A DNA stretch of 64,000 nucleotides. Source: Verrucomicrobiota bacterium. Its GTDB lineage: Bacteria; Verrucomicrobiota; Verrucomicrobiia; Limisphaerales; AAA164-E04. The notes under the pieces were generated by a model. That model did not search any database, was not told the origin of the DNA, and saw only the letters and a list, made by a program, of their open reading frames with translations. This document shows, in pieces, positions 30,300-40,820 of this stretch. The first letter of the stretch is position 1, and every line of letters begins with the position of its first letter. Made by a program: the position numbers and the translations under genes. Location: positions 6,016,781 through 6,080,780 of the forward strand of contig CP170459.1 of NCBI GenBank assembly GCA_047947115.1, in the 5' to 3' direction.

Positions 30300-30550
30300 T
30301 CTGGAATGCGGCGTGCAGCACCGCTCTGGATACCTCACGGTAACGGGTAGGCTCCACTCATATCCGAATTCCTTCAAACCTCCCCAGCGTATCCCATTTG
30401 ATTACCCGATGACCACTTATGACCTGGAATAATCTTATCGTATACGGATCGTATCCAGAGCGGTGCTGCACACCGCACTCCAGAGTAACTACAGCAATAA
30501 AAGCACCACAAAATTCTTTGCGCCCTTGGCGGTCTTCGCGCCTTAGCGAG
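30300..30550. repeat. Inverted pair of TGGA-TGCGG repeats plus a solo arm of the 8-mer element
   Basis: tctggaatgcggcgtgcagcaccgctctggatac (30300) vs gtatccagagcggtgctgcacaccgcactccaga (30451); ctttgcgcccttggcggtcttcgcgccttagcgag (30516-30550). Confidence 0.8.
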
Positions 30551-30615
30551 CAACCTATCGACAGGCCACATTTCCCACCAATACACCCAAAGGTCCTCTA
30601 AAACCCTCATTTTTT

Positions 30616-31998
30616 TCAGGCAAGTATTCTGCGCAAAACATGCCCCCCCACGTTTGTCAGCCGGAAATCACGTCCTGCGTAACGATAGGTCAGTTGCTCA
30701 TGGTCCATCCCCATCAGGTGCAGGATAGTCGCGTGAAAATCATTCACATGCACTCTGTCCTTGACGGCTCGAAACCCAAAATCATCCGTCTCTCCGTATG
30801 TCACCCCCCCCTTGACGCCGCCCCCCGCCAACCAGGTGGTGAATCCATAGTGATTATGATCGCGACCCGAGCCGTTCTCGGACGTCGGGGTGCGACCAAA
30901 TTCGCCACCCCAAATCACCAGTGTATCCTCCAGCAAACCGCGTTGTTTCAAATCCGTCAGCAACGCGGTCATGGGTTGGTCAATATCACGACACAAATCT
31001 TTGGTGTGTTTGTCGTGGTTCTGATGTGTATCCCACGGTTGACCATCCCCATAGTAAACCTGAACAAACCGCGTGCCCCGCTCCACCAAACGACGTGCCA
31101 GCAAACAGCCGTTTGCAAAATGTCCTTTGCCATACTGTTCACGAATGGATTCCGGCTCGCGCTCCAAATTGAACGCCTCACTCGCTTCCGTCTGCATGCG
31201 GAAGGCGGTTTCCATGGATCGAATCCTGGATTCCAGGACAGCATCCCCTCCGCGCTCATTTAAATGCAGTTGATTGAACTGCCGCATCAAACCAAGTTGA
31301 CGTTGCTGTGAGGGGAAATCCATCGACCCGTTGCTCAGAAACGGGATCAACTTTTTGACATCCAGATTCGAATGATTGACATACACCCCCTGATGTTCCG
31401 AGGGCAGAAAAGCGCTGTTCCATAACACGGAAAACCTGACAGGCCTCCCCGGACACAACACCACATAAGCGGGCAGGTTTTCGTTCTCGGTTCCCAAACC
31501 ATAAGACATCCAGGCCCCCATACTGGGCCCTGAAGGTGTGATGGTGCCGTTGTTCATCATCAACAGCGCGGGACCGTGATTTGGATTGTCGCTGTGAAGA
31601 GATCGAATCACACACACGTCATCCATGCATGCGGCAAACTTCGGCAACAGGTCACTGATCGGCACACCACTCTGACCTGCCTTCTGCCATTGAACAGGCG
31701 ATGGAAGCAATCCCGCCGTTGCGCGTTCAGTTCGCAGGTTCACTTCAGCCGGTCGCTGTCCCGCATATTTCTGCAGATCAGGTTTTGGATCGAACAGGTC
31801 TGCCTGGAAAGGACCGCCATTCATGAAAAGCTGAATCACCCGTCGAGCCCTGGGGCGATGATGGCGTTGAAAGGTTCGCTCATCAGCCCCCTTCATCACA
31901 TTCGCCAGCCCCAGCATCCCCACACCCCCGCCCAGCCGGGCAATCATGGATCGCCGGGTCAGTAAATCATGAAGAACCGGTATAGAATCAGTCGACAT
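30616..31998 (-). CDS. DUF1501 family protein (Tat-like signal)
   Basis: TRRSMI, RVIQLFMNGGP, CLLARRLVERG, WDTH, WGGEFGRTP, GRDHN, GRDFRLT; start set at ATG 31998 overlapping the upstream stop. Confidence 0.93.
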   Translation of the reverse strand: MSTDSIPVLHDLLTRRSMIARLGGGVGMLGLANVMKGADERTFQRHHRPRARRVIQLFMNGGPFQADLFDPKPDLQKYAGQRPAEVNLRTERATAGLLPSPVQWQKAGQSGVPISDLLPKFAACMDDVCVIRSLHSDNPNHGPALLMMNNGTITPSGPSMGAWMSYGLGTENENLPAYVVLCPGRPVRFSVLWNSAFLPSEHQGVYVNHSNLDVKKLIPFLSNGSMDFPSQQRQLGLMRQFNQLHLNERGGDAVLESRIRSMETAFRMQTEASEAFNLEREPESIREQYGKGHFANGCLLARRLVERGTRFVQVYYGDGQPWDTHQNHDKHTKDLCRDIDQPMTALLTDLKQRGLLEDTLVIWGGEFGRTPTSENGSGRDHNHYGFTTWLAGGGVKGGVTYGETDDFGFRAVKDRVHVNDFHATILHLMGMDHEQLTYRYAGRDFRLTNVGGHVLRRILA

Positions 31999-34024
31999 AC
32001 AAAAACGCGTTGCTGGTGATACATGTTTGGGCACAGCGGGCCAGGATCTCCCGGGGATGGGTATTGGAAACTGTCTCGCTTTGAAAATAAGATTCAAACA
32101 ACATCTCTTCCTCAGATGTGGGAGAACGCCCCCAGACTTGCCGAAACAATTGAGTGACCCAACCTGATAAATCATCCCCGCACCGAGCCATGATCCGATC
32201 GGCCAGTTGAAGCGAACAATCCCAGACGAACGGACCGTTCAAAGCAAACAACTGCTGGACCGGGGTGGTTGTGTTGATGCGTTGTTCGCTGTATCGATTC
32301 GGGTCCGGAAAATCGTGTAGTTTCAACATCACATTCAGATCACGGCGATGAACCGTGCCGTATACCGTGCGGCGAACATTCTCAGGTCGCGACAAATCCT
32401 GCGACGCGCCGCCGAATGAACGATCCAAACGTCCGCTCACCGACAACATCGCATCACGCCACGATTCAACAGGAAGCCTTTGACGTGACATGTGCCACAA
32501 CAACCTGTTCTGAGGATCCACCATCTGGCCTGGAGCATGCACCCGACTGGTCTGTCGCCAGGTGCGGGAGAGCAGAATTTCCCGATGCAACCATTTCAAT
32601 GACCATCCATGCGCCACAAACCGTGCAGCCAGGTCATCCAGCAACTCACGGTGCGTCGGAGCCGCTCCGCTCAGACCAAAATTTCCGGGAGTGGCAACAA
32701 TACCCTCGCCGAAGTGTTCTTTCCAGACCCTGTTCACAATCACTCGTGCGGCCAATCCTCCGGCTTGATCGAAAATGGATTCGGCCCATTCAAGCCTGGC
32801 ATCGCTATCCTTTCCAAGCGAACCACCGCCAAACACCGTGAAAAAACCTCTGGGAACCGAATCCCCCGGTCGATTGGGATCACCGCGCACATGACTCTCC
32901 AGGTCACGATTGGCATGCTCCAGATAAACCAGCTTGGTGGCATCCGGACCGTCGGGGAGGATTTCCAGGAACGCATCATCAATCGCGTGTGCCATGGGCA
33001 GATCGTAGTTCGGTGTGTTGGCCTTCAAGTCTGCGATTTGCTTCTTAATCTGCTCAGTTTTTTGTTCTGCTTCGGGTGATTCGTCCTTGCTCAATTGATT
33101 GATTTCCTCTTCCCAACGGCGAACCTGTTCCCGGGCATCGGCAATGGGTTTCCATTGTTCATCCGGCACAATCGGGCGGGAGGTCAGCCGAACGTTGGCA
33201 ATGATCCCGGCCAAGGCATAATAATCCTGCATGGAAACCGGATCCGACTTATGATCGTGACAACGTGCACAGGACACAGTCAAACCCAGCAAGGTACGGC
33301 TCATCATATCCACGCGTTCCTCCCACTCATCAGCCACGATGGTTTTGATCACTTCCGGGGCGAGTTTGAGTTCCTTCCAGTAAGTTGGACTTAGTCCCAG
33401 AAATCCCAAGGCTGGTATATCGTCAGGGCCGGTCGAAGGCATCAAATCTGTTGCAAGCTGACGTTTCACGAACTCAGGGTAAGGCAGGTCGTCATTGAAA
33501 GCCTGAATCACCCAATCCCGGTACAACCAGGCGGAACCCATATTCTCAAACCAAACGGCCGTCTGGTCCGCATAGCGCACTTGATCCAGCCACATCCGCG
33601 ACCACTTTTCCCCGTAGGCAGGCGAAGCCAACAATTGATCCACCAAACGCGACCATGCATCGGGACGATCCTCAGCCAACGCATCTTCTATTTCCCTGGC
33701 ATCAGGAGGCAACCCAACCAGATCAAAATACAACCGCCGAATCAAGGTGCGGAGATCCGCTTCTGGAGAAAGTGTCAGCCTTTCTTTGGACAAGGCACTC
33801 TCGATATAGGCATCGATTGAGCAATCCCCAAGACTAGTGTTTCGGAGAGGCAAGGGGCGGAATGCCCAATGATCCGCCCGCTCATTTGCCTCAGACGATT
33901 CAGCTTTTGTATCCAACCAAGACAGGCCACATCCAAACAAGCAAACCACGATCAATGATCGGCACAAAAGGTATTTGGATGAGATGTGTGATCGCATGGA
34001 TGGGGGGATCTTACCCCAACTCAT
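31988..34024 (-). CDS. DUF1549/DUF1553 (PSD1-type) protein
   Basis: HWAF, LIRRLYFDLVGLPP, CARCHDHK, ARVIVNRVW, PTHRELLDDLA, WSLKWLHREI, FLYVD. Confidence 0.93.
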   Translation of the reverse strand: MSWGKIPPSMRSHISSKYLLCRSLIVVCLFGCGLSWLDTKAESSEANERADHWAFRPLPLRNTSLGDCSIDAYIESALSKERLTLSPEADLRTLIRRLYFDLVGLPPDAREIEDALAEDRPDAWSRLVDQLLASPAYGEKWSRMWLDQVRYADQTAVWFENMGSAWLYRDWVIQAFNDDLPYPEFVKRQLATDLMPSTGPDDIPALGFLGLSPTYWKELKLAPEVIKTIVADEWEERVDMMSRTLLGLTVSCARCHDHKSDPVSMQDYYALAGIIANVRLTSRPIVPDEQWKPIADAREQVRRWEEEINQLSKDESPEAEQKTEQIKKQIADLKANTPNYDLPMAHAIDDAFLEILPDGPDATKLVYLEHANRDLESHVRGDPNRPGDSVPRGFFTVFGGGSLGKDSDARLEWAESIFDQAGGLAARVIVNRVWKEHFGEGIVATPGNFGLSGAAPTHRELLDDLAARFVAHGWSLKWLHREILLSRTWRQTSRVHAPGQMVDPQNRLLWHMSRQRLPVESWRDAMLSVSGRLDRSFGGASQDLSRPENVRRTVYGTVHRRDLNVMLKLHDFPDPNRYSEQRINTTTPVQQLFALNGPFVWDCSLQLADRIMARCGDDLSGWVTQLFRQVWGRSPTSEEEMLFESYFQSETVSNTHPREILARCAQTCITSNAFLYVD

Positions 34025-34105
34025 TCTGTGCGCAATGCAATCTTGTGTTTGAAAGTATGCTTGTTGTTTTTGACAGGATGAACAGGATTAACCGGATGAC
34101 CGCCT

Positions 34106-34822
34106 TTAAAGTTCAGTGGGTTGAATGGAAACGTGCTCCGTGGATCCTTCCACGCGGGCGTCGCCGGACAAGTAGAGGACAACTTTGCGGTCAGGATCCT
34201 CAACGATAACACTACCTTTGATGACTGCCTGATCGCTCAGACGAATTTCAATCGGATCGTCGTTGTTGTTTCGTTTGGCTTTGCCTTCCAGAACGAGGTT
34301 TCCTTCCAGAATGGTGTTGCCTGAAAGATATACATCCCCATTACGGAAGGTCGCATCCCCTTTCACATGGGCTCCTTGGAACTTCATGGTGCCATTGACG
34401 AGGTTCACTTGACCCTCCACCGTGACTCCATCGCCCAACTCAAGTCCACCGTTGACCGTCTTGATGTTCCCGCCTACTGAGCTTCCTTCCTCAGCGGAAA
34501 TCCGGCCGTTCACTGTCTCCACATCTTCCTCCACCATGACGTCCGATTTGATCTTGATGCTGCCATTGACGGTTTTTAAAAGATCCGCACGAGCGCCTGC
34601 TCCCAGTTCCACACTGCCGTTCACCGTTTTGCAAACGCCTTCGACAATGGATCCGTCCGCGACTTTGATGCTGCCATTGACAGTTTTGAGGTCATGCTTC
34701 ACCGTTTCATTGGAGGCCGTCCTGATGGAACTGTTCACGTGAACAGAGCAAGCAGTTGCCAGAACAACGGCAGCCAAAGCAACAGTCCACACACATTTTG
34801 AGGTCAGATTAGAACACAACAC
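34106..34822 (-). CDS. Lipoprotein with TVNG beta-solenoid repeats (DUF4097-like)
   Basis: Lipobox-like LATAC; about seven ~19-aa repeats xTVNG. Confidence 0.8.
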   Translation of the reverse strand: MLCSNLTSKCVWTVALAAVVLATACSVHVNSSIRTASNETVKHDLKTVNGSIKVADGSIVEGVCKTVNGSVELGAGARADLLKTVNGSIKIKSDVMVEEDVETVNGRISAEEGSSVGGNIKTVNGGLELGDGVTVEGQVNLVNGTMKFQGAHVKGDATFRNGDVYLSGNTILEGNLVLEGKAKRNNNDDPIEIRLSDQAVIKGSVIVEDPDRKVVLYLSGDARVEGSTEHVSIQPTEL

Positions 34823-34879
34823 TACCCGAAATCGCTTCCTTGAGTTACAGAAAAAAGGAAAGAAATCCAGTAAACAGCC

Positions 34880-36166
34880 TCAATGCTTTGAAGGTATCTC
34901 CTTCAAACGGAACAACAGAATCCCACCCACGATAAAAAAGAAAACTGTGGAGCTCAGTCCAGCCCGTTGACTGCCAAAGAGGGCGGTCAGTTGCCCCAGC
35001 AAAAGAGGGCCAAGGAAAGAGGTCGCTTTACCGGAAAAGGCGAAGAAGCCAAAGAACTCATTTTCCTTGTCCTTGGGAACCAATCGCCCCATGAGTGAGC
35101 GACTGGCGGATTGATTCGGACCGGCGAGAAGCCCCATCAGGATGCCCGCTACCCAGAACAGGGTCCGGCTTGGTGCTGTGACCGCAAGCGTGGTGGCGAT
35201 GGTCAATCCAATCAGAGAAATCAGGATGGTCTGGCGCGGTCCCAATCGATCATCCACGAATCCAAATATCAAGGCCCCGACACCAGCAGCCACATTCAAG
35301 ACGATCCCGAAATACATGATTTCCTGCATGCTGAAATCAAAAATCTGTTCGGCATAAATCCCCCCAAAAGCGAATACCGTGATCAATCCGTCGTTGTATA
35401 CCAATCGAGCGATCAAAAACTTGAAGATCGTCTGATACTCCGTCCGGATCTCATGAAACGTGGCATTCAGGCGTTTAAAGGCCGACCGGACAGGGTGAGA
35501 GGTAACAGCATGACCGTTTGCTTTCGAGGGAGGAATCCACAGGAACATGGGCAAGGAAAAGAGGGCAAACCAGGCTGCCACCAGAAGATTTACCGCCCGA
35601 ATATTTTCCCCATTTTCCTGTGAGAACCCGAACCAAGGAACTTCCGGCTGAATCAGGCAAACCAGCGCCACGACCATACAAGCCAGCCCCCCAAAATAAC
35701 CGAATCCCCATCCATAACCCGAAATCATTCCAATCTTGGAAGGTGGAGCAACTTCGACCAGGTAGGCATTGTAAAACACGTAGCCCAATTCGTAACAGAC
35801 ATTGGCGAACACGAAGACGCCCAAAGCAAACCGTATCTCACCTGCAGTAGGAAAGAAAAGTAGGACGGTAGCAAAAATGGTCAACCAAGTGGATACGATC
35901 AAATACCTCTTACGATGCCCGCCTGCATCTGCGAACGCTCCCAAAACCGGTGAAAGAATTGCAATGATGATCGCCGAAACAGTGATCCCCAACGACCACA
36001 ACTCCATTCCTCGAAGTTTATCTGATACGATGCCCGAGGCAAAATAGGTACCGTAAACAAAGGTGACAACGAGGGTTGTGAATGCTGAATTGGCAAAATC
36101 GTACAAGGTCCACCCTAGAATGGCTTTCTTATTGGAATGAACCTGTTGCATCACCGGTGACAGCAT
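34880..36166 (-). CDS. MFS transporter (UMF1/Atg22-like)
   Basis: GWTLYDFANSAF, FYNAYL, SGYGWGFGYFGG, QSASRSLM, EFFGFFAFSGK. Confidence 0.9.
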   Translation of the reverse strand: MLSPVMQQVHSNKKAILGWTLYDFANSAFTTLVVTFVYGTYFASGIVSDKLRGMELWSLGITVSAIIIAILSPVLGAFADAGGHRKRYLIVSTWLTIFATVLLFFPTAGEIRFALGVFVFANVCYELGYVFYNAYLVEVAPPSKIGMISGYGWGFGYFGGLACMVVALVCLIQPEVPWFGFSQENGENIRAVNLLVAAWFALFSLPMFLWIPPSKANGHAVTSHPVRSAFKRLNATFHEIRTEYQTIFKFLIARLVYNDGLITVFAFGGIYAEQIFDFSMQEIMYFGIVLNVAAGVGALIFGFVDDRLGPRQTILISLIGLTIATTLAVTAPSRTLFWVAGILMGLLAGPNQSASRSLMGRLVPKDKENEFFGFFAFSGKATSFLGPLLLGQLTALFGSQRAGLSSTVFFFIVGGILLFRLKEIPSKH

Positions 36167-36213
36167 GACCGAGAAGCCACTCCCACATCAAGCACCGAGT
36201 AACGCTTTGAGCT

Positions 36214-37203
36214 CTAAGATTTACTGACCTTGGCCCTTCTCGCGGCCGCAACACGCTTGACCACCTCGTCAGCCATGACTCCGACCAATATAACGGCGCC
36301 AATGACCGCGTATTCGATATGCGTGGGGATCCAATCCACCAGAGTAATCATGTTGCGCAACACCTGCATCAAGGCCGCGCCTATCACCACACCAATGATG
36401 GTGCCCTGCCCCCCCCGCAAGCTGCAGCCTCCCAGCACAGCGGCCGCAATGGCATACAATTCGTAGAAATTACCAAAATCAGCAGGCTGAGCAGAATTGG
36501 TATCCAGGATAAACAATACCCCCCCCACCCCTGCCAGGCCGGCACAAATGACATAAGCCAGGATAATCATGAGATCCGTATTGATCCCACTGTATCGCGC
36601 GGCCTGTTCATTGCGTCCCAAGGCAAGCAAATACCGCCCATAAATAGTTCGATTGAGAAAAATGGATGCAACAATGGTCACGAACAACAAAAGAAAAAAT
36701 GGAACAGGCAGGCCAAACGTTTCCAAGGGCACTCCTGGAACAGCGATGCGCCCGGTACCGATCCATCGCAAACCTTCAAACAACTTGCCAAATCCCTGTG
36801 TCTGGTCTCCGGTAAATCCCCGGGTGATTCCTCGATACATCAATAATCCACAGAGAGTCACCACAAAGGGCTGCAATCTGAGTTTGGTAACGAGCAAGCC
36901 ATGCAGCAACCCAATCACCACGGAAGCAAGGATCACAATCAAAAGCCCGACAGGCAGAGGCAGGGACATCTTGATCAACAACCACGGTAAACCGCACCCT
37001 ATCAGACATATCACTGATCCAATGGATAAATCAATCCCACTGGTAATGATGACAAAGGCCACTCCTATGCTGATAATCCCATAAAGGGAAGTCCTCAGAA
37101 TCAGTCGCTCGATATTGAATGGAGTCGCAAAACTGGGGCTCATCATGGCGGTCAAAACACAGACGACTATGAAAATGCTGAGAATACCGTAGATCTTTTT
37201 CAT
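36214..37203 (-). CDS. Sugar ABC transporter permease (RbsC family)
   Basis: GIDLSIGS, PFVVTL, GRNEQAARYSGI, YELYAIAAAVLGGCSLRGG. Confidence 0.93.
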   Translation of the reverse strand: MKKIYGILSIFIVVCVLTAMMSPSFATPFNIERLILRTSLYGIISIGVAFVIITSGIDLSIGSVICLIGCGLPWLLIKMSLPLPVGLLIVILASVVIGLLHGLLVTKLRLQPFVVTLCGLLMYRGITRGFTGDQTQGFGKLFEGLRWIGTGRIAVPGVPLETFGLPVPFFLLLFVTIVASIFLNRTIYGRYLLALGRNEQAARYSGINTDLMIILAYVICAGLAGVGGVLFILDTNSAQPADFGNFYELYAIAAAVLGGCSLRGGQGTIIGVVIGAALMQVLRNMITLVDWIPTHIEYAVIGAVILVGVMADEVVKRVAAARRAKVSKS

Positions 37204-37225
37204 GAAAATACCTGATGCAATCTTT

Positions 37226-38785
37226 CTAATGTGACGGGAGGGTCGCCCCGGTGGCCAGTTGCATGACCGATTCCTCGTTGAGTTCTTCTCGATTCAATTC
37301 TCCGGTCAAGCGACCTTCATGCATGACCAACGCCCGATCGGACATGCCGATAATTTCTTCCATTTCACTGGAAACAAACAAAATTGCCACGCCCTGTTCG
37401 GCGAGTTTTTCCATGAGTTTGTAGATATCCTGCTTGGCTCCGACGTCGATACCCCGGGTGGGTTCATCCAGGAAAAGGACCTTAGGATGCATCGCAAGCC
37501 ATTTGCCCAGCACAACCTTTTGCTGGTTCCCTCCGGACAGATACTGCACTTCCTGCATTTCGGAGGGAGTCTTGACTTTCATATCGGCCACCATCTGACG
37601 GCTGATCTCCTTTTCTTTGGAACGATTCAAGAAGCCTTTCTTTTGATCACGCTCCAAGCTGGCAAGACTCATGTTTTCACGCACGGCCATTTCCAGAATT
37701 AATCCCTGTTGTTTCCGATCTTCCGGCACCAACGCCAAGCCATGATGAATGGCTTGCCGAGGGGATTGGATGGATGCTTGCTCATCACCGATAAAAATGG
37801 AACCACTTAATGCCGGTGTAATCCCGAAGACCGTTTGCAACATCTCGGTTCGCCCGGCTCCTACCAATCCAGCAACTCCCACGATCTCTCCGGCCTTGAT
37901 TTCGAAATTCAATGCGTGTTTGGGATGTTGAGGTGTGACCAGGTTTTCAACCTTGAGCGCCACTCCGCCTGTATCTCTTGGTTCAAGAGCGTAATATTGT
38001 GAAACATCCCTCCCAACCATCATTTTCACCATCCGATCATGATTAATTTCGTCACGATCAATATCACCAGCGTTCTCACCATCACGAAGGACCGTCACCC
38101 GGTTGGCCAGTTCCCGCACTTCTCCCAGTCGATGAGAGATATAAACAATGGCCACCCCTTTGGCAGCAAGGTCCTTGATAACGACGAAGAGTTGCTCGGT
38201 TTCGTGTTGGCTGAGACTGGAGGTTGGCTCATCCATGATCAATACCCGAGCATTGATCGAAAGTGCCTTGGCGATTTCAACCATCTGCTGATGCCCGATG
38301 GTCAATTCACTGACGGTCTGGGCCGGGTTGACATTTAACCCGACTTTTCGAAGATACTCCCTGGAGGCCTCCCTCATGGCGGAAGTGTTGATCAATCCAA
38401 GCTTGAGCGGTTCTCTTCCGAGAAAAATATTGGAGGCAACGTCCAGATTATCCGCCAGATTCAACTCCTGATGAATGAGGGCAATTCCCTTCTCGAGGGC
38501 ATCCTCCACTCCATTGAATCGAATCGGCTGCCCATCCACCAACACCTCACCTGAATCATGCTCCTGCACACCCGCCAGGATTTTCATCAGGGTGCTCTTG
38601 CCGGCACCATTTTCTCCAATGACAGCCAGCACCTCGCCAGCGTGCAAGTGCATACTGACCCCCTTGAGTGCTTTCACTCCAGGGAAACTTTTGGATACGG
38701 TGCGGACCTCCAGCACCTTTGGACTGTTTGAGTCCTTAAGGCTGGAAGGCTTGGAAGATTCCGATGGATCGGAGGATTGGCTCAC
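37226..38785 (-). CDS. Sugar ABC transporter ATP-binding protein (RbsA family)
   Basis: [41 protein letters not shown]. Confidence 0.95.
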   Translation of the reverse strand: MSQSSDPSESSKPSSLKDSNSPKVLEVRTVSKSFPGVKALKGVSMHLHAGEVLAVIGENGAGKSTLMKILAGVQEHDSGEVLVDGQPIRFNGVEDALEKGIALIHQELNLADNLDVASNIFLGREPLKLGLINTSAMREASREYLRKVGLNVNPAQTVSELTIGHQQMVEIAKALSINARVLIMDEPTSSLSQHETEQLFVVIKDLAAKGVAIVYISHRLGEVRELANRVTVLRDGENAGDIDRDEINHDRMVKMMVGRDVSQYYALEPRDTGGVALKVENLVTPQHPKHALNFEIKAGEIVGVAGLVGAGRTEMLQTVFGITPALSGSIFIGDEQASIQSPRQAIHHGLALVPEDRKQQGLILEMAVRENMSLASLERDQKKGFLNRSKEKEISRQMVADMKVKTPSEMQEVQYLSGGNQQKVVLGKWLAMHPKVLFLDEPTRGIDVGAKQDIYKLMEKLAEQGVAILFVSSEMEEIIGMSDRALVMHEGRLTGELNREELNEESVMQLATGATLPSH

Positions 38786-39828
38786 CCTTCGCTCGATTCA
38801 GGTTCCATCGTCTTGGTTTTCAGATCATCCCAGAACTCCTGAACGTTATCTTTGCGGATGGAGCGCGCAGGAATGTCGATGAATTTGGATTCGGGAATGA
38901 CGGAAGTATCCCCTTTGTAAATGGCGTTCAGCACTTCGATGGATTTATACCCATACATGTATGGGTTCTGCACCACGGTGCCGTGAATGGTTCCATCGAC
39001 GATACCTTGCAGAGAAATGTCATCTTCATCAAATGCAACCACCTTAACCTCATTCAGTTTTCCGGCTTGAGTCAAAGCTTCTACAATGGCGGGAGGGTTG
39101 TAAGCGAATAAGCCGACCATACAATTGATGTCAGGATGACGGGTCAGTGTGTCTTCAGCGTTGGCTTTGGCGCGGACAGGGTCGCCCTGATCCGTCAGGG
39201 TGCCCAGAATTTCGTAACCGTTTCCGCTGAGAGAAGCCTCGGGCGGATCAAAGCGCATGGCGTCCTCAGTGCGATCCAGCAACTCATCGATGACCCCTTG
39301 TCGGCGCCGGCGACCATTATCCTGTTCGATACGGCCGACGTAAATCATGACCTTACCACCGTTGGGCAGGGCCTCTTTGACCAGCTTACCGCACATGCGA
39401 CCGGCGATATAGTTGTCCATCCCAATGTAAACTTTCCGATCCGAATCAGGAGCATCCGCATCATGTGTGATCAGAATGGATCGACTGGCTACCTGGTTCA
39501 GGATGTCGAGCTGATTGGCTGGATCAATCACACTCACGGCAATGCCATGGACGCCACGGGCCAAGTGATCTTCAAGGACACGTTTTTGCCCCACAGAACC
39601 GCCGGTGGGCATATCCACTTTATAATCCACATTCAGATCGGCAGCAGCTTTCTCAACGCCTTTCTGGGCGATCACCCAAAAAGAAGCCGGCATATTGGTC
39701 ACGAATGCGAAAAGGGGTTTCTTCTCTCCGCCCCCATCACTTCCACCGCTTTGATTTGCTGGCCCACAGCCGGTTACACCCGCCAAAACAGCCGCAACAA
39801 CGGCACTCAATACTGCAAATTTTTTCAT
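38782..39828 (-). CDS. Sugar ABC transporter substrate-binding lipoprotein
   Basis: MKKFAV...VTGC lipobox; [26 protein letters not shown]; start set at ATG 39828. Confidence 0.9.
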   Translation of the reverse strand: MKKFAVLSAVVAAVLAGVTGCGPANQSGGSDGGGEKKPLFAFVTNMPASFWVIAQKGVEKAAADLNVDYKVDMPTGGSVGQKRVLEDHLARGVHGIAVSVIDPANQLDILNQVASRSILITHDADAPDSDRKVYIGMDNYIAGRMCGKLVKEALPNGGKVMIYVGRIEQDNGRRRRQGVIDELLDRTEDAMRFDPPEASLSGNGYEILGTLTDQGDPVRAKANAEDTLTRHPDINCMVGLFAYNPPAIVEALTQAGKLNEVKVVAFDEDDISLQGIVDGTIHGTVVQNPYMYGYKSIEVLNAIYKGDTSVIPESKFIDIPARSIRKDNVQEFWDDLKTKTMEPESSEG

Positions 39829-39980
39829 GTTCTCGTCCTGATACTTAATTAAGTCGTTCCCTATATGAAAGAGACGCCAATGATAAACGATCCGATCCGG
39901 ACCGAACAGCCCATGGTTCTCCACGCTAGGAATAACGCTTTGATGTCAAATAATCGGGCCCCCGTCAAGCCAAGGGAATT

Positions 39981-40748
39981 TCAGTGAAGCGTCAATCCGC
40001 CATTCACGTGGAGGTTCTGCCCCGTGACAAACTCCGAAGATTCGCTGGCCAGAAAGGTCACAGCACCCGACAAATCATCCGGCACACCCCAACGCCCGAC
40101 AGGAATCGTCGGCAGATAAGCATCTTTCCATTCCTGGGGTTCCTTGTCATGGCGTTCAACCGGAATCCATCCCGGAGAAACCATATTCACCGTAATACCA
40201 AAAGGAGCCAGTTCTCTGGCCATGCTTCGAGACCAGCCATTTTGCCCCCCTTTGGCAGCGACATAGGCACTGAAATTGGGAACCCCCAGATGAAAGACTT
40301 CCGATCCGATGTTGATGATGCGGCCCCAGTGCTTCTTTTTCATTTCGGGCAAAATGGCTCGCGTGATCAGATACGGACTCTTGATGAAGAAATCCAACAT
40401 CTTTTGATAAAAATCCCAGGAATACTCTTCGATTGGATGATGCGGTTGATCGCACGTCGCATTGATCACCGCGATGTCGACCGGCCCCAGCCCGCTCCTG
40501 ATCCGGGCAACCATCTCATTGACCTGTCCTTCATCGGTCACATCCGCCTTGACGAGCATTCCCTCACAACCCGCTTCCTGGAACGTATTCAAAGCCGCTT
40601 GTGCTGTGGCTTCATCATTATAATAATTGATGGCGACTCGCGCCCCGGCCTGTCCCAGAGCCAGAGCCATGGAACGTCCCAACCCCTTCGTACTCCCGGT
40701 AACCAAGGCCACCTTGCCTGCCAATGAAAATCGTTGTTCGTGATTCAT
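39981..40748 (-). CDS. SDR family oxidoreductase
   Basis: TGSTKGLG, YVAAK, VNMVSPG, VTGQNLHVNGG. Confidence 0.92.
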   Translation of the reverse strand: MNHEQRFSLAGKVALVTGSTKGLGRSMALALGQAGARVAINYYNDEATAQAALNTFQEAGCEGMLVKADVTDEGQVNEMVARIRSGLGPVDIAVINATCDQPHHPIEEYSWDFYQKMLDFFIKSPYLITRAILPEMKKKHWGRIINIGSEVFHLGVPNFSAYVAAKGGQNGWSRSMARELAPFGITVNMVSPGWIPVERHDKEPQEWKDAYLPTIPVGRWGVPDDLSGAVTFLASESSEFVTGQNLHVNGGLTLH

Positions 40749-40820
40749 GATGTTCGCTTAGACTGAAATCCATCATGTCAGACACCCGATCGGGATGCAA
40801 TCAAGAGAAGACCTCACCTG

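Noticed and set aside
16775..30550. Possible CRISPR array among the repeats
   Set aside because: No regularly spaced identical repeats with unique spacers and no cas genes
31999..32175. N-terminal extension of the DUF1501 ORF
   Set aside because: Lies inside the DUF1553 gene; the Tat-like RR motif follows ATG 31998
40775..40784. ATGTCAGACA matching the TA operator half-site upstream of the SDR gene
   Set aside because: Single incomplete 10-bp match, compatible with chance
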